From a virus: 64,000 bases of DNA. Position numbers and translations under genes: made by a program. The stretch covers positions 31,175 to 95,174 of the IMG/VR virus record IMGVR_UViG_3300027782_000054, one strand, 5' to 3'. Shown here piece by piece: positions 28,001-38,039 of the stretch (positions are counted from its first letter, which is position 1; every line of letters starts with the position of its first letter). The notes beneath the pieces are model-generated. The model searched no databases. It had not been told where the DNA came from and saw nothing but the letters and a program-made list of their open reading frames with translations.

Positions 28001-31000
28001 TCTGTAGCTAGGAAAACTGTTCAAGAACTCAAAGCGATTACGGCCACTGTTGGAAACTCCGTTACTCTGTCTAAGGCCAAGTCGCTTACCTTAACCGTTC
28101 TACAGTCATCTACGCTTGGACCAGTAAAGGCCATCACAAAGTTTGTATCTGCGGCACAGGGAGCGTTATATGGCTTCACAAAGGGCTTCCAAATGGTCGT
28201 GGGCAAGGTTATTGTGTCTATCCAGGCATCAATGGTCAAAAAGTCTATAGCGGAACTTAAGGCGATTGCTGCTTCAGTTGCAAATTCAGTCAATATTACG
28301 AAAAATATCTTCTTCAATCGTGCATTCAATCAAGTTACGTCAGTTGCTCGCACTAATGCCATACACAAGAATATTAGTGCCATCCAAGGCTCACTTGTTG
28401 CAATAGCAAAATTAGTTGCATTAACACTTAGTGCCTCTGTAAATACAATTGCGACTGTGACCAAAACTCACATTGCACATCTCAGAACCATCTCTGTCTC
28501 TGTCTTTAATGCAGCTACTTTAGTCAAGAATATCTCATTCAATAGAATCTCATCTCAGTCTGCCACTCTAATACGCGGTAAGGCTATCTCTAGAGCGGTA
28601 TCTATTGCACAATCTACATTCTATGTCTTTAGCAAGGGCGTACAGATATTTGTCAGTAAGTTCATCGTAGATACTCAGGCATCTGTTGTCAGAAGAGCAG
28701 TTAAAGAGATTAAGACGATCTCTGCTACTGTATCAAATTCAGTATCTATCGCCAAATCAATCTTATTCAATAGAAGCATCTCTCAAGCAAGTAATCTATC
28801 TTCACACAAGTCAACTAACAAATTTGTTAATGCTGTACAAAGCTCTTATTTCGTATTCTCTAGGGGAGTGCAGCTATTCATTAGCAAGTTCATCGTTGCC
28901 TCTGTTGTTTCTGTTGCCAAAGTCGCTGTTGCTGAGATCAAGGCTATCTCCGCATCTGTATCTAGCTCTGTCAATTTGACAAAGGCTATCTCATTCAGCA
29001 GATTTATTACACAATCTAATAACCTACAGCACAACAAAACTATCTCTAAAGCAATAGATGTTGTTCAATCTTCATTCTTTGCTTTAGCCAAGGGTTTTGA
29101 AATGATCGTAGGAAAGATTGTAGTCGTAATCCAGTCTTCAGTAATAAGAAGAACAGTCAGCGAACTGAAGACTATCTCTGCTTCAGTCGCCAATTCAATC
29201 AACCTACTTAAACTTATATCATTCAGCAGAAACGTAAATCAATCTTCAGTTCCTGGGTTCACCAAGGGCTTCCAGATGTTCATCTCTAAATTCATTGTTG
29301 AAACACAAGCCACTGTAGTCAAGAGAGCAGCGGAAGAATTCAAGATAATCTCTGCCACTGTATCTAGCTCAGTATCATTAGCTAAGGAAATCTTATTTAA
29401 TAGATCCCTAATCCAAGGTTCGTCATCAACAATAGCCAAGGCGATTTCCAAATTCATATATGCATCACAAAGCACTTCAGTAAATATTGCAAAGAGAATC
29501 TCTCTAGTAATTAAGGCATCTGTTTCTACTATAGTAACTCTGATTAAGACACACGTTGCACATCTCAGGACAATTGCTGTAGCAGTCTCAAATCCAACAT
29601 CGCTTATTAAAGCAGTGCAGCAACACAAGCCTACCTTAGTAGCTTCTAATTTCGTATTCAATAAGTTTATTGGGACAGCCTTATCAGTAACACAGGGCGC
29701 TCTTTATGGATTTACCAAGGGCTTCCAAATGTTCATTAGTAAGATCATTGTCGATACTCAGTCTTCTCTGGTAAGAAGATCTATTCGTGAAATTAAGACA
29801 ATTTCACTAGCAGTAATGAGTTCAGCGAATGTTGCCAAGAATATATTGTTTACTAGACTTACTACACAATCATCTATTGTATCTTTAAACAAGGTCGTAT
29901 CTCTTACGATTGCCTTTGTACAAAATACAGCCTATACCTTCCTTAAGGGTTTCCAGATGCTCGTTGGCAAGTTTATCGTTGCAACACAGATTGCTGTAGC
30001 CAGAAAAGCAATTGCTGAAATCAAGGCTATCTCGGCTATCGTCTCAAACTCAGCTTCAATTGCAAAGGCCATCTTATTCAGTCGCAATGCTACTCAATCA
30101 TCTAGTTCTGAAATCGCTAAAGCAATCTCAAAGATTGTTCACTTCATACAGAGTGCTTCGTATTCAATTAGAAGAAATGTTTACCTAACAATATCTAGTG
30201 TTGTTAATGTATCTGTAACTCTTAGCAAGATGGGAGTAGCACATCTCAGGACTATCTCTGTATCTGTATCTAATTCAGCTACTCTAATCAAAGACCTTGT
30301 CTTTAATAGAAGTGCGTCACAAGCCTCTGTCTTGAATCCTGCTAAGTTTATCTCTAAGACTACATCTCTCGCTCAGAGCATGGCCTACGGCTTCACGAAG
30401 GGCTTCCAGATGGTTGTAGGCAAGATCATATCTGCCACTCAAATAGCCGTAGCTAGAAAAACTGTTCAGGAACTTAAGGCAATCACGTTTGCTGCCGCTA
30501 GCAATGTAAATATTACAAAAGCTATATTCTTAAGTACGCTTGTTACTCAGAATATATCTGCGACAATAACTAAGCTTATTGGTAAGACCTTGGAGGCTAT
30601 CCAATCTGCGGTTGCTACTCTAGCTAAGAATATATCTCTAACCATACGCAGTATAGTTACCACAGTAGTAACTGTAACTAAGACTCATATTGCTCACCTC
30701 AGGACCATTTTAGCAACGGTAGGAAGTCCTGCATCCTTGGTGAAGGCAGTGCAGCAGCATAAGGTAGTCACAACCCCCCTGAGCTTTACTTTTGTTAAGC
30801 ACATCAGAGAAACTCTCTACGCTTCTCAAGGCGCTGTTTACGGGTTTATCAAGGGTTTCCAGATGGTCGTCGGTAAGATCCTATCTTCTACTCAGATAAC
30901 TCTTGCTAGAACAACAATTGCAGAGCTTAAGACTATCTCTCTTACTGTTGCAAATACAGCCAATCTCAATAAGGCTATCGCCTTTAGTAGAGTAGTAGCA

Positions 31001-34000
31001 CAATCCTCAACAGTTGCTCTATTTAAAACTATCAATAAGTTTGTTATTGCGACCCAAGGAACATTTGCATCAATTGTTAAGAATGTCTCTCTAACAATTC
31101 TTGCATCAGTTAACACAGTCACCGATACTATTAGAGATATCGTCGCTCATCTCAAGACCATTGCCGTAAGCGTAGCTAATACAGCGAATCTTAGCAAGGA
31201 AATTCTATTCACTAGATTTGCGTCACAAGTTAATACAATCAATTCTTCCAAGATTGTATCTAAGTACCTCCAGCTTTCACAGACAACAGTCTATGTCTTT
31301 ACGAGAGGTTTCCAGTTATTCATTAGCAAGTTCATAGTGGCGATACAAGCTGTAGTTGTAAGAAGAGCCATTGCAGAGCTTAAAACAATCACGGCTTCAG
31401 TATTTAATACTGCTTCTATCATAAAATCAATTGCATTTAATCGTAACGCAAGTCAATCCTCTACGATTGCTCCTCAAAAGTTTATTTCTAAAGCCACTTC
31501 ATTTACTCAGGCTATGGCATATGGGTTCACTAGAGGATTCCAGATGTTCATTGGTAAGCTTGTAGTAGGGGTTCAACCAATTGTTGCTAAGCTAGCAATC
31601 TCTGAACTTAAAGCAATTACCGCAGCTGTAGCTAATTCAATTAATCTAACTAAGGATATCCTGTTCAGTAGATTCATTAGCCAATCCTCTAACCTAAAGA
31701 GATTCAATGCCATAGACAGAGCGATTGCTATTGCTCAAGGCGCAGCCTATGGGGTTACCAGGGGATTCCAGATGTTAGTTGGTAAGTTCGTTATCGCAAC
31801 GCAGATGTCAGTTGCTAGAAAGACTATCTCTGATATCAAGACCATTGCTCTTACGGTTAGCAGTAATACAAAGATTGCCAGGGATATCGTGTTCAATAGA
31901 GCAATTATCAATAACACACAAGTAACTGTTACTAAGAGCATAAATAAGGCAATTAGCATCGCTCAAGGCATCTCTGCATCAATTGTTAAGTACATTTCAC
32001 TAACCATTATTGGGTCTGTGAATACAGTCGTAACTGTGAATAGAGCAAGCATCGCACACATAAAGGCAGTATCTGCTTCTGTATCCAGCACAGTCAATCT
32101 TACAAAGAGTATTCTATTCAATAGGGCTATTGGACAATCAGTAATTGTTAACCTCACTAAGGTTGTATCTAAGACAATCACGTTTGCACAAACAGCTGCC
32201 TACAGCTTTACGAAGGGCTTCCAAATGTTTGTTGCTAAGTTCGTAGTAGCAACTCAAATGACTGTTTCAAAGCTCACAGTAGCAGAACTAAAAACAATTT
32301 CAGCAACAGTTGCTAACTCTATATCTCTAAATAAACTTATTTCATTCAATAGAGAAATATCTCAAGCTTCTTCAGCAACCTTATCTAAGGCTATTTCCAA
32401 GCTCATCGTATTAGTCCAAACAATGTCATATGGCACAGTTAAGGCTGTAGGAATACTCGTTGGTCGTATACTTACTGTCACACAATCATCTGTTGTCAGG
32501 AAGACAATTGCAGATCTTAAGACAATAAGTACAACAGTCGCAAGCTCTGTATCACTAGCCAAGGTCGTTGAGCTTAGACGCCTTGTGGCTCAGTTGTCAA
32601 GTCTATCTCTATCAAGAACTATAGCTCAATTCATCTCTGTATCACAACAGACTGCCTATTCACTTGCCAAGGGCTTCCAAATGTTCGTAGGTAAGATCAT
32701 AATTGAAATACAAGCATCTATGGTCAGGCTCACAGGTCAAGAGCTAAAGACAATTGCTACTACCGTTGCTAACTCTGTGAGACTTTCTAAGCGTATCTCA
32801 TTCAAGAGATTCGCAGTTGTTATCGATCCAGACTTGTTAATTAGAGATATCAATTTTAATCGTAAAATTATCCAATCTTCAGTTCCTGGGTTCACCAAGG
32901 GCTTCCAAATGTTCATTGCTAAGTTTATTGTAGGTACAGTTCTTTCTGTTGCAAGAGTGACTGTGCAAGAGATCAAGAATATCTCAGCAACTGTAGCTAA
33001 TTCCGTCAATCTGACAAAGAGTGTTCTTATTAGAAAGAACATAACACAAGATGTTTACTATTCAATTAGAAAAAATATAAACATTACCATAAGTAGAATT
33101 ACAGTAACTATACTTTATCATATACATAGGTATGTTGCACATGAGTTCTTAGCTCTTGAGACTGTTGTAGCAAGCTCAATAAACCTTATCAAGGATATTT
33201 TCTACTATAAATCAATAGTATCAAATACTCAATCATTCATAACAAAAGCAGCATCTAAGGTTATTAGACTCGCACAGGCTTCTGCTGCATTCCTAAATAT
33301 AAGTGGAATACTACATCACGTACTCATAAGTGTACTCGTCAACACAAGAAGAATCACTCCATTGACACGGATTGGATCTGCTGTTGGTAGATTTGCTACT
33401 GGTCTACATCCAATTGGTTATGGTGAATATGCCTATGAATATGCGAAGATCCTGCTCTTGCAAGTTAATTTAAATAAGAATATAAATCAATCAACGAACG
33501 CCTCTCTTGCAAAGAGAATTGGTAAGTTTATCATAGCTGTCCAGGCAACATTCTCTATGTTCACAAGAGGCATCGTCCTTTCAATTGCAAAGACAATTGT
33601 TTCATCATCTGCGTCAGTAGCGAAGAGAGCAATCCAAGAGTTCAAGTATATCTATGTATCTGTATCTACTTCACCGGCTCTAACCAAGTCCATCTTCTTC
33701 AATAGAGTGGCTACTCAGGCATCTACTCTCTATAGATACAATGCGATATCAGTCATAATCGCTGCAGTGCAAACGTCGGTATTTGTATTTGCCAAGGGAG
33801 TCCAATTACTAGTAGGCAAGATTATTGCAACAACGTCTGCAACTGTTGTTAAAAGATCTATCAGCGAACTTAAGACAATAAGCGCAACTGTATATAGCAA
33901 TGCAACGCTTGTTAAAGATATATACTTAAGCCTATTGTTCAATCAATCTAATCAGGTTGTTCGCATCAAGGCAGTCTCAGCAACAATTAATCTTGCACAA

Positions 34001-35956
34001 ACAATAGCATTCACATTTGCCAAGGGTGTACAAATCGCTGTCGATAAGATTATATCTGCAACCCAGCTAGTTGTAGCTAAGATCTCCCTTAGAGAACTAA
34101 AGGCAATTTCCATAACTATATCTAATTCAGCGTCTCTTGCTAAGTTCATAATGTTCAATCGCAATATAATCCAATCTTCTAATCTAGCATACAATATGGC
34201 AATTGATAAATCCATCTCTACGGCACAGAATATCGCTTATGGATTTACCAAGGGCTTCCAAATGATTGTTGGAAAGATCCTTATTATGACTCAGTCTTCT
34301 GTGGTAAAGAGGGCCATTCGGGAGCTAAAGACAATTACGGCTACTGTCGGCAACTCCGTCACTCTGTCTAAGGCTAAATTGGTTACCTTCGCTGTTGTAC
34401 AGTCATCCATCCTTAGTCAGACAAAGGCCATCGCAAAGTTTACCTCTATAGCGCAGGGAGCAGCCTACGGCTTTACAAAGGGCTTCCAGATGCTGGTTGG
34501 CAAGATTGTAGTCGCCACTCAATCTTCATTGGTTAAGGTTGCAGTTGCTGAACTTAAGACTATTACGGCAACAGTCGCCAACTCCATCACTCTCTCTAAG
34601 TCAATTCTATTCAATATATTTGCTCAACAATATTCTAGCCTAAGTCCTGTCAAGTTCATCTCTAGAGCTACTTCGTTCATTCAGAATACAACATACACCT
34701 TTACCAAGGGTTTCCAAATGTTCATTGGAAAGTTCATTGTTACGACTGTCTTATCTGTTGCCAAGCTCGCAGTTGCTGAAGTTAAGCTTATATCAGCAAC
34801 AGTAAGTAACTCAATCAACATTGCAAAAGCGATTTCATTTGCTAGGTCTATTAACCAACTCAATAGCCTAACACAGAATAAAGCTATTGATAGAACATTG
34901 CAAGCTGCTCAATCTTCGTACTATATGTTCACGAAGGGCTTCCAAATGTTTGTTGGTAAATTCATAGTAGCTACACAAATAGTTGTTGCTAAGAAAGCAA
35001 TCACCGAACTTAAGATGATCGCCGCCACAGTATTGGATTCTGTCTCATTAACTAAGTCAGTGCTGTTCAATCGTATGGTCAATCAAGCATCCACTCTATT
35101 CCAATCTAGAGCAATTTCTAGAACGGTCTACGCTATGCAATCTGCTTATTTCGTGTTCTCTAAGGGAGTCCAACTGTTTGTCAGCAAATTCATCACAGCA
35201 TCACAAGTTGCTGTTACCAAGATCTCTGTTGCTGAAATTAAGACCATCGCTACCTCAGTAGCTAGTTCAATCAACCTCTCAAGGGCTATCTCATTCAGGA
35301 GAACAATTCAGCAAGTGTCTATCGCATCCAAGACGATGTCTATCAATAAGTTCATCAGATTCATCCAAGACACAGCTACTTCTCTTACGAAGAGAATACC
35401 TTACCAACTTATTTCAACTGTCAATACAATAGCAACACTATCCATTAATAGGATCTATCGACGCATAATCACAGCAGCCGTAACAACAATCTCCTCTATT
35501 GCCAAGAATATATTCATCAATAGGGCTATCTCTGCTGCGTCTAATATTGCTCGCAATATCTCTCTAGATAAGGCCACTAGTATCGTACAGAACAGCATCT
35601 TTACTACGACAAGAGGAATCAAGTTCTTCATCAACAAGTTTATCGTTGATACACAGGCTTCACTTATCAAGGTAGCTGCCTCAGAATTCAAGACAATCTC
35701 TGCTTCAGTTGCGAGTGCAATTAACCTAGGCAAGGCAATATCCTTCAATAGAACAGTATCACAAGCCTCTATAGGGATGCTTACCAAGAGTCTACATAGA
35801 GTTATCCTTGCAATAGTCCATACATTAGCAGTAGTTAGATATGTAACGCCTGCGTATATCAGCGTAGGACTACGCATGACAGGCTTCGTATTCAGGCCGA
35901 TGGTGAACAAGGTTCGCTCAAGAAATATCAATAAGAATATTGATACAAAGAGCTAG
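25061..35956 (+). CDS. Giant (3631 aa) basic, aliphatic tandem-repeat protein, probable virion filament
   Basis: Uninterrupted 10.9-kb ORF with >30 units carrying F(T/A)(K/R)G(F/V)Q(M/L/I)..(G/S)K...ELKTI motifs. Confidence 0.75.
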   Translation: MEFYPLGDDSLGTDGSVQHDIPLETSVSTSVRENKKAYVLLVSATQNVLSFLYILKAVILAASILTSIPNAIGKAIAKRIPFIQSPSFAFSHAIQLFIGKITALTQSSLATTIVHELKTIAIIVADSANLTKNILFNRLVSQSANIARTNAIAKTILATQGLFIAVIKAIALTIASSVTTTVNVAKDHIQHLKAIAASVLGTASLLKNIGFNRSASQSSNLSRNNLISRTISAAQSASFGLGRGIQFFIGKFVVATQSSVVTKTVKDLKTIAASVVASASISKAISFARSITQSSNLSAAKAFSQLISVVQSTNYALAKGFQMLVGKFVIFTQASVIRKAVKELKTISAIVADSVNIAKLISFKRLAGAVNSGFLAKETSLVRRVTQSSSYGFTRGFRMAIGKFIVSTVGSVIRKTVQELKTISATVSDSVTLSKAKSLTLAILQSSSLSPTKAIGKFVSASQGAAYGFTKGFQMVVGKIIIATDASVVRKAVQELKTISATALSSVSVLKNILFNRTASQSATSTLTKFISKTIIVSQSIVAYITKAINKLIQGINVATQVSVNSDIILHLKAISVAVANSASLMKAILFNRLATQSESLAQNKFIAKTTSSIQSLSYGFVKGFQMVVGKIIVDAQASVIRRTVQELKFISAAVANSATIAKSVLFNRIATQSSTVFIAKAISKTIAFAQSLIFVFTRGMQLFVSKTIVDVSASVVRRSISELKAISATVSNSVNLMKSVLFNRIIVQSSTSRLTKAISRFVDFAQAATVALTNNRAIYQTISTQVSSSIARIIDVSKGVASSVATYSMPFKAITLDIAKIISASVVTVAKDNIREFKMIAISVANSVSIAKAIVFNRFVNQSSSLTRNVAINKAVSISQSIAFTFAKGVQIAVGKIIVAIQASVARMTVQELKAIAASVSNSVSVAKSTVYAIQLLQSSSLNLTKFISKAVSAGQAIFFVFAKGVQILVGKTIVASVGSVARKTVQELKAITATVGNSVTLSKAKSLTLTVLQSSTLGPVKAITKFVSAAQGALYGFTKGFQMVVGKVIVSIQASMVKKSIAELKAIAASVANSVNITKNIFFNRAFNQVTSVARTNAIHKNISAIQGSLVAIAKLVALTLSASVNTIATVTKTHIAHLRTISVSVFNAATLVKNISFNRISSQSATLIRGKAISRAVSIAQSTFYVFSKGVQIFVSKFIVDTQASVVRRAVKEIKTISATVSNSVSIAKSILFNRSISQASNLSSHKSTNKFVNAVQSSYFVFSRGVQLFISKFIVASVVSVAKVAVAEIKAISASVSSSVNLTKAISFSRFITQSNNLQHNKTISKAIDVVQSSFFALAKGFEMIVGKIVVVIQSSVIRRTVSELKTISASVANSINLLKLISFSRNVNQSSVPGFTKGFQMFISKFIVETQATVVKRAAEEFKIISATVSSSVSLAKEILFNRSLIQGSSSTIAKAISKFIYASQSTSVNIAKRISLVIKASVSTIVTLIKTHVAHLRTIAVAVSNPTSLIKAVQQHKPTLVASNFVFNKFIGTALSVTQGALYGFTKGFQMFISKIIVDTQSSLVRRSIREIKTISLAVMSSANVAKNILFTRLTTQSSIVSLNKVVSLTIAFVQNTAYTFLKGFQMLVGKFIVATQIAVARKAIAEIKAISAIVSNSASIAKAILFSRNATQSSSSEIAKAISKIVHFIQSASYSIRRNVYLTISSVVNVSVTLSKMGVAHLRTISVSVSNSATLIKDLVFNRSASQASVLNPAKFISKTTSLAQSMAYGFTKGFQMVVGKIISATQIAVARKTVQELKAITFAAASNVNITKAIFLSTLVTQNISATITKLIGKTLEAIQSAVATLAKNISLTIRSIVTTVVTVTKTHIAHLRTILATVGSPASLVKAVQQHKVVTTPLSFTFVKHIRETLYASQGAVYGFIKGFQMVVGKILSSTQITLARTTIAELKTISLTVANTANLNKAIAFSRVVAQSSTVALFKTINKFVIATQGTFASIVKNVSLTILASVNTVTDTIRDIVAHLKTIAVSVANTANLSKEILFTRFASQVNTINSSKIVSKYLQLSQTTVYVFTRGFQLFISKFIVAIQAVVVRRAIAELKTITASVFNTASIIKSIAFNRNASQSSTIAPQKFISKATSFTQAMAYGFTRGFQMFIGKLVVGVQPIVAKLAISELKAITAAVANSINLTKDILFSRFISQSSNLKRFNAIDRAIAIAQGAAYGVTRGFQMLVGKFVIATQMSVARKTISDIKTIALTVSSNTKIARDIVFNRAIINNTQVTVTKSINKAISIAQGISASIVKYISLTIIGSVNTVVTVNRASIAHIKAVSASVSSTVNLTKSILFNRAIGQSVIVNLTKVVSKTITFAQTAAYSFTKGFQMFVAKFVVATQMTVSKLTVAELKTISATVANSISLNKLISFNREISQASSATLSKAISKLIVLVQTMSYGTVKAVGILVGRILTVTQSSVVRKTIADLKTISTTVASSVSLAKVVELRRLVAQLSSLSLSRTIAQFISVSQQTAYSLAKGFQMFVGKIIIEIQASMVRLTGQELKTIATTVANSVRLSKRISFKRFAVVIDPDLLIRDINFNRKIIQSSVPGFTKGFQMFIAKFIVGTVLSVARVTVQEIKNISATVANSVNLTKSVLIRKNITQDVYYSIRKNINITISRITVTILYHIHRYVAHEFLALETVVASSINLIKDIFYYKSIVSNTQSFITKAASKVIRLAQASAAFLNISGILHHVLISVLVNTRRITPLTRIGSAVGRFATGLHPIGYGEYAYEYAKILLLQVNLNKNINQSTNASLAKRIGKFIIAVQATFSMFTRGIVLSIAKTIVSSSASVAKRAIQEFKYIYVSVSTSPALTKSIFFNRVATQASTLYRYNAISVIIAAVQTSVFVFAKGVQLLVGKIIATTSATVVKRSISELKTISATVYSNATLVKDIYLSLLFNQSNQVVRIKAVSATINLAQTIAFTFAKGVQIAVDKIISATQLVVAKISLRELKAISITISNSASLAKFIMFNRNIIQSSNLAYNMAIDKSISTAQNIAYGFTKGFQMIVGKILIMTQSSVVKRAIRELKTITATVGNSVTLSKAKLVTFAVVQSSILSQTKAIAKFTSIAQGAAYGFTKGFQMLVGKIVVATQSSLVKVAVAELKTITATVANSITLSKSILFNIFAQQYSSLSPVKFISRATSFIQNTTYTFTKGFQMFIGKFIVTTVLSVAKLAVAEVKLISATVSNSINIAKAISFARSINQLNSLTQNKAIDRTLQAAQSSYYMFTKGFQMFVGKFIVATQIVVAKKAITELKMIAATVLDSVSLTKSVLFNRMVNQASTLFQSRAISRTVYAMQSAYFVFSKGVQLFVSKFITASQVAVTKISVAEIKTIATSVASSINLSRAISFRRTIQQVSIASKTMSINKFIRFIQDTATSLTKRIPYQLISTVNTIATLSINRIYRRIITAAVTTISSIAKNIFINRAISAASNIARNISLDKATSIVQNSIFTTTRGIKFFINKFIVDTQASLIKVAASEFKTISASVASAINLGKAISFNRTVSQASIGMLTKSLHRVILAIVHTLAVVRYVTPAYISVGLRMTGFVFRPMVNKVRSRNINKNIDTKS

Positions 35957-36001
35957 TAACTCACTATAAAAGCTAAAAATGCTCTGTTTTAATAGATAGA
36001 T

Positions 36002-36424
36002 ATGGCCCTCTATAACCTCGTTCAAGTAACTACTAATACTGCTGGTACAGGAACTATAACTCTTGGCGCTGCCGTTGTTGGCTTTAAAGACTTCACTTCC
36101 ATTCCCGATGGCACAACTGTTTCTTACGGCATTGTAGATGGAAATAACCGCGAAGTCGGCAATGGAGTCTATAGCGCTGGAACTCTAACAAGAGGCCCCA
36201 TTACATCAAGCAATAGCAATAATGCAATAGACTTGATTGGAAATAATGCAATAGTCTATTTAACACCAAATAGCACTACACTGGTGACTAATGATTCTCC
36301 TGCATTCATAGGAATACCAACTGCGCCAACCGCTACAGCAGGAACAAATAATACACAAATCGCAACTACTGAATTTGTTCTTAATAACAAACCATCATTT
36401 GCAACTGCAAGAATTTATGCATAA
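36002..36424 (+). CDS. Short fibre/anchor protein sharing the N-terminal domain of the collagen fibres
   Basis: [20 protein letters not shown]...REVG.GVY...LTR; SPAFIGIPTAPTA..GTN.TQIATT.FV tail-fibre motif. Confidence 0.75.
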   Translation: MALYNLVQVTTNTAGTGTITLGAAVVGFKDFTSIPDGTTVSYGIVDGNNREVGNGVYSAGTLTRGPITSSNSNNAIDLIGNNAIVYLTPNSTTLVTNDSPAFIGIPTAPTATAGTNNTQIATTEFVLNNKPSFATARIYA

Positions 36425-36439
36425 AGGGAAATATTAGAT

Positions 36440-36772
36440 ATGTCAGATACAATCTCACGTTTTTATCAAGGTTATATTGCAGCAAGTGGAACAACTATGT
36501 TTATAGTTCCTACAGGACAACGATATACTGTTCGCAATATTGTTCTTTCTAACAACAGTAAGACCGGCGGTAGTGGAGCAAGTCTTTATATCAACTCTAA
36601 AGTCGATAATTCATATGCCATTATTCCATCAGGAAGTATGATCAATCCTGCCGCAATCATACAGACTACAGACTTCTATGCGTTTGCAGCGGGAGACTCA
36701 TTGATTGCAGTATTGGCATCTGGCTCTACAAATTCAATAACAGCATCCGTCCACGGAATCACTACTTTATAA
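36440..36772 (+). CDS. Small virion adaptor-like protein (paralogue of 15914)
   Basis: Shared motifs with 15914. Confidence 0.65.
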   Translation: MSDTISRFYQGYIAASGTTMFIVPTGQRYTVRNIVLSNNSKTGGSGASLYINSKVDNSYAIIPSGSMINPAAIIQTTDFYAFAAGDSLIAVLASGSTNSITASVHGITTL

Positions 36773-36776
36773 AACT

Positions 36777-37301
36777 ATGCCATTTTTTAATTCCACATTA
36801 TCTTCTGATAGTCAGAATAGTCCACCCGGAATAATCCATATGTACGGAGGAGTTACTGCTCCTACTGGGTGGTTATTGTGTGATGGATCTACTGTGGGCC
36901 GTGTTGCATATCCAGGTCTATTCAATGCCGTATCTACCCTATACGGATCTGGCGATGGATCTACTACCTTCACTTTACCAGATATGAGAGGCCGTATGCC
37001 TGTTGGCAAAGGTACTCATGCTGATGTGTCTACTGTTGGAAATAACGATGGAGTCGCCGTTGCAAATAGAAGATCAAAGCACAATCATACAGTTACCGAT
37101 CCTGGGCATACGCATAACATCGCGGACATCACTGGAGTTGGCGAGATCACGCAAGCCAAGGTAACCACCGGCGGCAGCGGCGCTGGCTACACGCCGCAAT
37201 CCACGACAAGTGCAACGACCGGCATCACGGTTGGTGTTGGTGGAACAGCCGCGACCGATGCTCCTGCTTACCTAGTCATTAATTATATTATTAAAACTTA
37301 G
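36777..37301 (+). CDS. Phage tail-collar domain protein
   Basis: PPGIIHMYGGVTAPTGWLLCDGS...Y..LF...YGSGDGSTTFTLPDMRGR; C-terminal PAYLVINYIIKT. Confidence 0.9.
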   Translation: MPFFNSTLSSDSQNSPPGIIHMYGGVTAPTGWLLCDGSTVGRVAYPGLFNAVSTLYGSGDGSTTFTLPDMRGRMPVGKGTHADVSTVGNNDGVAVANRRSKHNHTVTDPGHTHNIADITGVGEITQAKVTTGGSGAGYTPQSTTSATTGITVGVGGTAATDAPAYLVINYIIKT

Positions 37302-37304
37302 AGT

Positions 37305-37333
37305 TTGACATCTTACTTTCTCTCTGTTATAAT
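37305..37333 (+). promoter_or_regulatory. Consensus promoter TTGACA-N17-TATAAT (extended -10), leaderless, driving the glycan operon
   Basis: Perfect consensus boxes; ATG 7 nt downstream. Confidence 0.8.
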
Positions 37334-37340
37334 ATAATAT

Positions 37341-38039
37341 ATGAAATCTATTGCAATAATTATTCCTATTGTAAATAATTTTGGTGGAGCAGTTCAAGCA
37401 TTACAGAGTGTTAATACTAAGCATAGTTGGACTCCTATCATTTTACCTCAATGGAGAGAACCTAAACCTCTATCTGCTGCATGGAATAAAGGCATAGATG
37501 AAGCTTTTGATGAAAAGAGCTTTGACTATGCTTTAGTTATTAATGATGATATTATTTTTGCTCCATGCACTATTGATAACCTTGTAGCCGAATTTGAGAA
37601 CCAACCAGAAGATGTATTGATGGTCACTGGTTGTAATACAAGAGGAGAAATCGATCAGACTTATGGGACTCCTTTGGCGACTCTTGTATATCCCGATCCA
37701 GGTATAACTGGTAATTTTAGAGAACATCCTGACTTTTCTTGTTTTATGATTGATAGAAGGTTGCCTGAGATTGTCGGTAAGTTTGATGAGAATTTCATTC
37801 CTGCATATTTTGAAGACAACGACATGCATTATAGAATTCAATTAGCTGGCTGGAAAGCCGGTTGTACAAATTCTGCACCTTACTATCATTTTGGATCACA
37901 GACTATCAAGCCAGATTCATTCCATAATACTTTTAAAACGAATAGAGATTATTATATTAATAAGTGGGGAGCAGCACCAGGGCAAGAAACATTTGCAAAA
38001 CCATTTAACGATGTCTCTAAGACATGGAAAGATTTTTAA
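37341..38039 (+). CDS. Glycosyltransferase family 2
   Basis: LSAAWNKG, VINDDI (DxD) and FDENF.PAYFEDNDM motifs. Confidence 0.88.
   Translation: MKSIAIIIPIVNNFGGAVQALQSVNTKHSWTPIILPQWREPKPLSAAWNKGIDEAFDEKSFDYALVINDDIIFAPCTIDNLVAEFENQPEDVLMVTGCNTRGEIDQTYGTPLATLVYPDPGITGNFREHPDFSCFMIDRRLPEIVGKFDENFIPAYFEDNDMHYRIQLAGWKAGCTNSAPYYHFGSQTIKPDSFHNTFKTNRDYYINKWGAAPGQETFAKPFNDVSKTWKDF

Noticed and set aside
26458-35931. Many 60-160 aa minus-strand ORFs inside the giant repeat gene
   Set aside because: Antisense shadows of the repeat codons.
25061-35956. Tape measure protein call
   Set aside because: Beta-branched composition, no Trp/Phe-periodic helical pattern and no tail tube or chaperone neighbours; not fully excluded without HHpred.
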